From Cladosporium halotolerans (lineage: Eukaryota), in contig NW_027191461.1 in NCBI RefSeq assembly GCF_011745625.1, positions 248,001 to 312,000 of the forward strand: a stretch of 64,000 bases of DNA. Direction: 5' to 3'. A model generated the notes under the pieces. The model saw only the letters and a program-made list of their open reading frames with translations, did no database searches and had not been told where the DNA came from. Shown here piece by piece: positions 60,777 to 64,000 of this stretch; position 1 is the stretch's first letter, and each line of letters starts with the position of its first letter. Made by a program: the position numbers and the translations under genes.

Positions 60777-61731
60777 TGTCGAGCGTGAGAATGCAAGAAT
60801 GTGAGGCGATGCGCAATGCGAAAAGTCAAGGGCAAGGGCAAGGACAGGTGGGCTGAAGGGGAGGGCACTGAGGGCACTGCAGGAAAGTGTAAAGGAAGCT
60901 CATGAAATCACCTACGGGATCGGCACCGGAAACAGAGTGCCGCCGGCAGCACGCGCGAAAGCGACCAGCGGAATGCGATGCTGAGGCCAGACAAGCGATA
61001 GCGCGGCGCATGGCGAAGGTGCGTGGAAGCTTTGTTGACGGTTGCCCACGGATCTGCGTCATTGACGTGCTCAGAAGGGCAAAGCAGCGCTCGCTAGATC
61101 GGACTGGCTTCCTGCGCTGGAGCTTGACAGCCGGCACTTCGGGCGTGGTCGCCATCCGTCTGTCGCAGCGTGATACTTCTGCTGCTGGTTATCAGATCTC
61201 CGCCTGCCGGACGAGGCTGCGCTGGCGTCCATCGCACAGGCTGACCGCCTCGGTGTCGCCTGGCTGAGCGCTGCATGCCGCTGCGGTGCACCCACGACCC
61301 AAGGGTGGCGTCTTTGTCTCAGCGCTTGCCCCGCCCGCCTGAGTGGGGCGGATCGCAGGCGGATCTCGAGTGGGAGGAGCGAGGCCCGAAGGGCACCGTG
61401 GGCTTGGGATCACTTGGGATCGGAGTCGGCGTGAGAGCCTGAGAGGAGCCGTGGTCTGCGGCAGGCCCGGATCTTGGATTTTGCAGCAGTCTGCGTGGGA
61501 TGTGAGGGACTGGGGTGACGGGAGAATGGGAGCACAGAAGACGGTGGGCGAGGCGGGCGCCCGCATCTCCTGGCATCTTGCCCGCATCGGCGTCAGGCGA
61601 TCGCGCCAAGAAACGCGTGCGCGTGAGCCAGGCGCGTCCTCCGCTGCCATCTGGATTGCATGGAGCAAGAGCAGGAAGACTTATTTACGATACGTGCCTT
61701 ACAATTCAGTGCCAATCCAAAAATCACAGTC

Positions 61732-62257
61732 ATGCTCGCTATCCAATCGTCTCAGCATAACAAAGTCGTCACTCCGAATATTTTGCCCTGCGCAATCAAA
61801 CACAATGGCCCCGTGAGCGCCGCAAAACGCTACTGGGATCCCTCTACCGAGCAAGATGGCTCCAAGACGTCGTTCTTCAGAGGACGCAAGTTGCGTGGGA
61901 AGCAAGTAGCCTTACCAGATGGCTACGAAGGTGCTGTGCTGGAGAAGACGGAAAAGAAGGTCATTGCAAAGCCCAGTATACCACTCCCTGGAGCGGAAGA
62001 GGACTTGGAGCAAGTCGCTGCGCCAAAAGAGATCGAGACTATGATCATGGAGCAGAACGCGACATTCGGCGAAATCACGGTGTGGGATCATGAGGCGTTG
62101 CCGGATAATGAGGACGTGTATGTGAAGGGAATAAACGAGTGGATCGGTTTTGCGGAAGCGGTAGGTTGATGTGTTTGGTGATCTGCTTGTTCATTCGACT
62201 GACGCAAGCTTCCAGATGCATTCGTACGACGACAATGAGGCGCAAAAGCCCGCATGA
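61732..62257 (+). CDS. RNH203: Ribonuclease H2 non-catalytic subunit C (Rnh203-like); intron 62161-62215
   Basis: PNILPCAIKHNGP, FFRGRKLRG..V.LPDGYEG, FGEITVWDHEALP, WIGFAEA|MH. Confidence 0.85.
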
Positions 62258-62614
62258 GCAGCCCATATCGCCTGCGTCCTTCGAACCATATCGAATCGCC
62301 CTCCCTCCTCCGCCCTCTTCAAGTGGTCTAGCAAGAAGTTCTCGCAGCTCCAATCCTGCTGAGACCTCGCCATCATCCTCCACACGCGGCGAACACCGCA
62401 GAAAGAGTTGCAAGCTAGGCTTTACAATCCTTTCACAGCGACAGCTGAGACGGAGCCTGATGCCTGATGCGTGCCAAAAAAAGTAGCACGCGGCGCCTGC
62501 TTCTGTGCTTCAGCAAAGCATTACGCAGCAAGCCACAATTCCAGACCACCGTAGCTGCCGTACATCCTTCCAAAACGAAGACACCTGAAAAGACAACCGC
62601 AATCCCATATCTCC

Positions 62615-63244
62615 TCAACCCTGATCAGACTCCTCTTTGACCGCCGCCTCCTCTTCCTTCTTCACCCCATCCTCCCCCTTCCCCTTCCCACCCCTATGCG
62701 CCTTATCCCACTCCCTCTGCTCCTTCTGAAACTCCCTCTTCAAAACCCCATACCCCTCATCGCGCCTACACGCCTCCCACGCCTCCCTGAACACCCCGCT
62801 CGCCGCCGCCTTCTCCTCCATCCCCTCGTGCCCCCGACTCCTCTCCAGCTCCCTCCTGCCTCCACCCTCCCTCTCCACCTCCGCCGCACTGCGATCATAC
62901 TTCCTCCCGCCCTTGTGGTTCGCGTACCGCGCCGCGCGCGTCATGCCCATCTGCAGGAACTTGCGCGCCATGTCGGCGCCGACGAAGTCGCCGCGCGCGA
63001 CGTAGCTGGCGAAGGCGGCGCGCAGGGCCGCGGACGAGGAGAGCGCGAGCGCGCGCGTTCTGAAGCGCCAGAGCGGCAGGAGGTGCGATTTGTAGGGCTC
63101 GAAGGTCAGGACGCCTTGCTCGCCGCGCGCGATGCGGTAGCTCATGCGGAGGGGGGTGGAGGTTAGGGCGGGCGTGGGGAGGGGTGGGGAGGGTGGGAGG
63201 ATTTCGGGGGAGGGGCGAGAGGAGGGTTTGGGGCGGGGTGGCAT
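62615..63244 (-). CDS. DUF4385 family protein
   Basis: YRIARGEQGVLTFEPYKSHLLPLWRFRT, DFVGADMARKFLQMGMTRAARYANHKGGRKY. Confidence 0.85.
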   Translation of the reverse strand: MPPRPKPSSRPSPEILPPSPPLPTPALTSTPLRMSYRIARGEQGVLTFEPYKSHLLPLWRFRTRALALSSSAALRAAFASYVARGDFVGADMARKFLQMGMTRAARYANHKGGRKYDRSAAEVEREGGGRRELERSRGHEGMEEKAAASGVFREAWEACRRDEGYGVLKREFQKEQREWDKAHRGGKGKGEDGVKKEEEAAVKEESDQG

Positions 63245-63718
63245 TTTGGGTGCTGGTGGGTTAATTGGTGGGTTGGTTGGCGGGTTTTACATGGTTCCAG
63301 TGCGTTTGTGGGAGTGTCGTGTAGATGTCCATGTGTAGACGGAATGAATCGTGCTGTAGATCCCGGATACGTCATCTTGTCGATCGAACTGGCGCGGGTG
63401 GACGGCCTTTGGCCTTACATGTACGATTTGAGCCTGTGTACGTTGTAAGATGTCGACATTGACACATCTTAAAAGATTTGAAAGTCATCATTCACAGATC
63501 ACCCGTGTTTGTAGTTTCATTTCGTGCATCGAGGGTTGGTAGTATCTTCTTTCACACACTGAGTTGCAGTCGACGAAGAACTCACGAGCGAGCTCGGCGA
63601 AGATGGCGAACTTCATCCTCCCATGACTTGATCGCCGACCTCAGACTCAAACATTCCACCAACCCTTTAGCATACTGGAATCGACTGTGGACCTTGCTCC
63701 GAAAGGAAAACCAACATC

Positions 63719-64000
63719 ATGGCCGAGACTCAAGCCCAAGCACCAGTCCACCTCCCCGCGCGTGGCAATCACCTACTGCACGCAGTGCAAATGGCTCCTG
63801 CGCGCCGCGTACTTCGGCCAAGAGCTGCTATCAACCTTCGGCACAAGTATAGGCGAAATCGCCCTGATCCCAGCCACCGGTGGCCTCTTCACAGTCAACT
63901 TGACCTACAAGCCGCCGGGCGAGAGCAGCGAGAACGTGCAAGCGCAGGAAGTCCTGCTCTGGGACCGAAAGGCTGAGGGCGGGTTCCCGGAGACGAAGAT
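63719..64000 (+). CDS. Rdx family (SelT/SelW/SelH-like) CxxC redox protein, partial, with an apparent 1-nt frameshift near 63754-63757
   Basis: The frame shifted +1 from the ATG reads PRVAITYCTQCKWLLRAAYFGQELLSTFG...LIPATGGLFTV...LLWDRKAEGGFPETK. Confidence 0.85.

Noticed and set aside
16973..62257. Putative DNA-repair gene cluster (Pol kappa, MLH1, ESA1, RNase H2C)
   Set aside because: The genes are spread over 45 kb among unrelated housekeeping genes, with no sign of co-ordinated clustering.
63719..64000. Selenoprotein call for the Rdx gene
   Set aside because: The motif is CTQC with TGC codons; there is no in-frame TGA.

Overview
Eukaryotic, intron-containing, GC-rich fungal genomic DNA. 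It is a filamentous ascomycete, probably a Dothideomycete; that placement is inferred from protein style and not verified. The window is gene-dense and mostly housekeeping: UTP4 (partial), three divergent F-box-like genes, a G1-type cyclin, an alpha/beta hydrolase, DNA polymerase kappa, a peroxisomal FMN alpha-hydroxy-acid oxidase, an intron-containing tRNA-Arg(CCT), an EF-hand external NADH dehydrogenase, SUV3, SEC1, a Zn2Cys6 factor, MLH1, RPB8, a Nudix hydrolase, OPI10/Hikeshi, a long-type heme-thiolate peroxygenase, URB1/NPA1, the PP2A catalytic subunit, ESA1, REX4, a CFA synthase, RNase H2 subunit C, a DUF4385 protein and an Rdx/SelW-like protein (partial). I saw no CRISPR array, intact transposon or secondary-metabolite cluster. 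The main signals absent from the ORF track are: (1) a box C/D snoRNA (snR69-like) inside the enlarged last intron of ESA1; (2) a long, apparently triply spliced, nearly AUG-free 5' leader with a single uORF in front of the G1 cyclin; (3) sharp C-rich to G-rich skew flips centred on CpG-rich cores inside several genes; and (4) a one-base frameshift in the Rdx gene. Nothing here can be shown from sequence alone to be a wholly new system.
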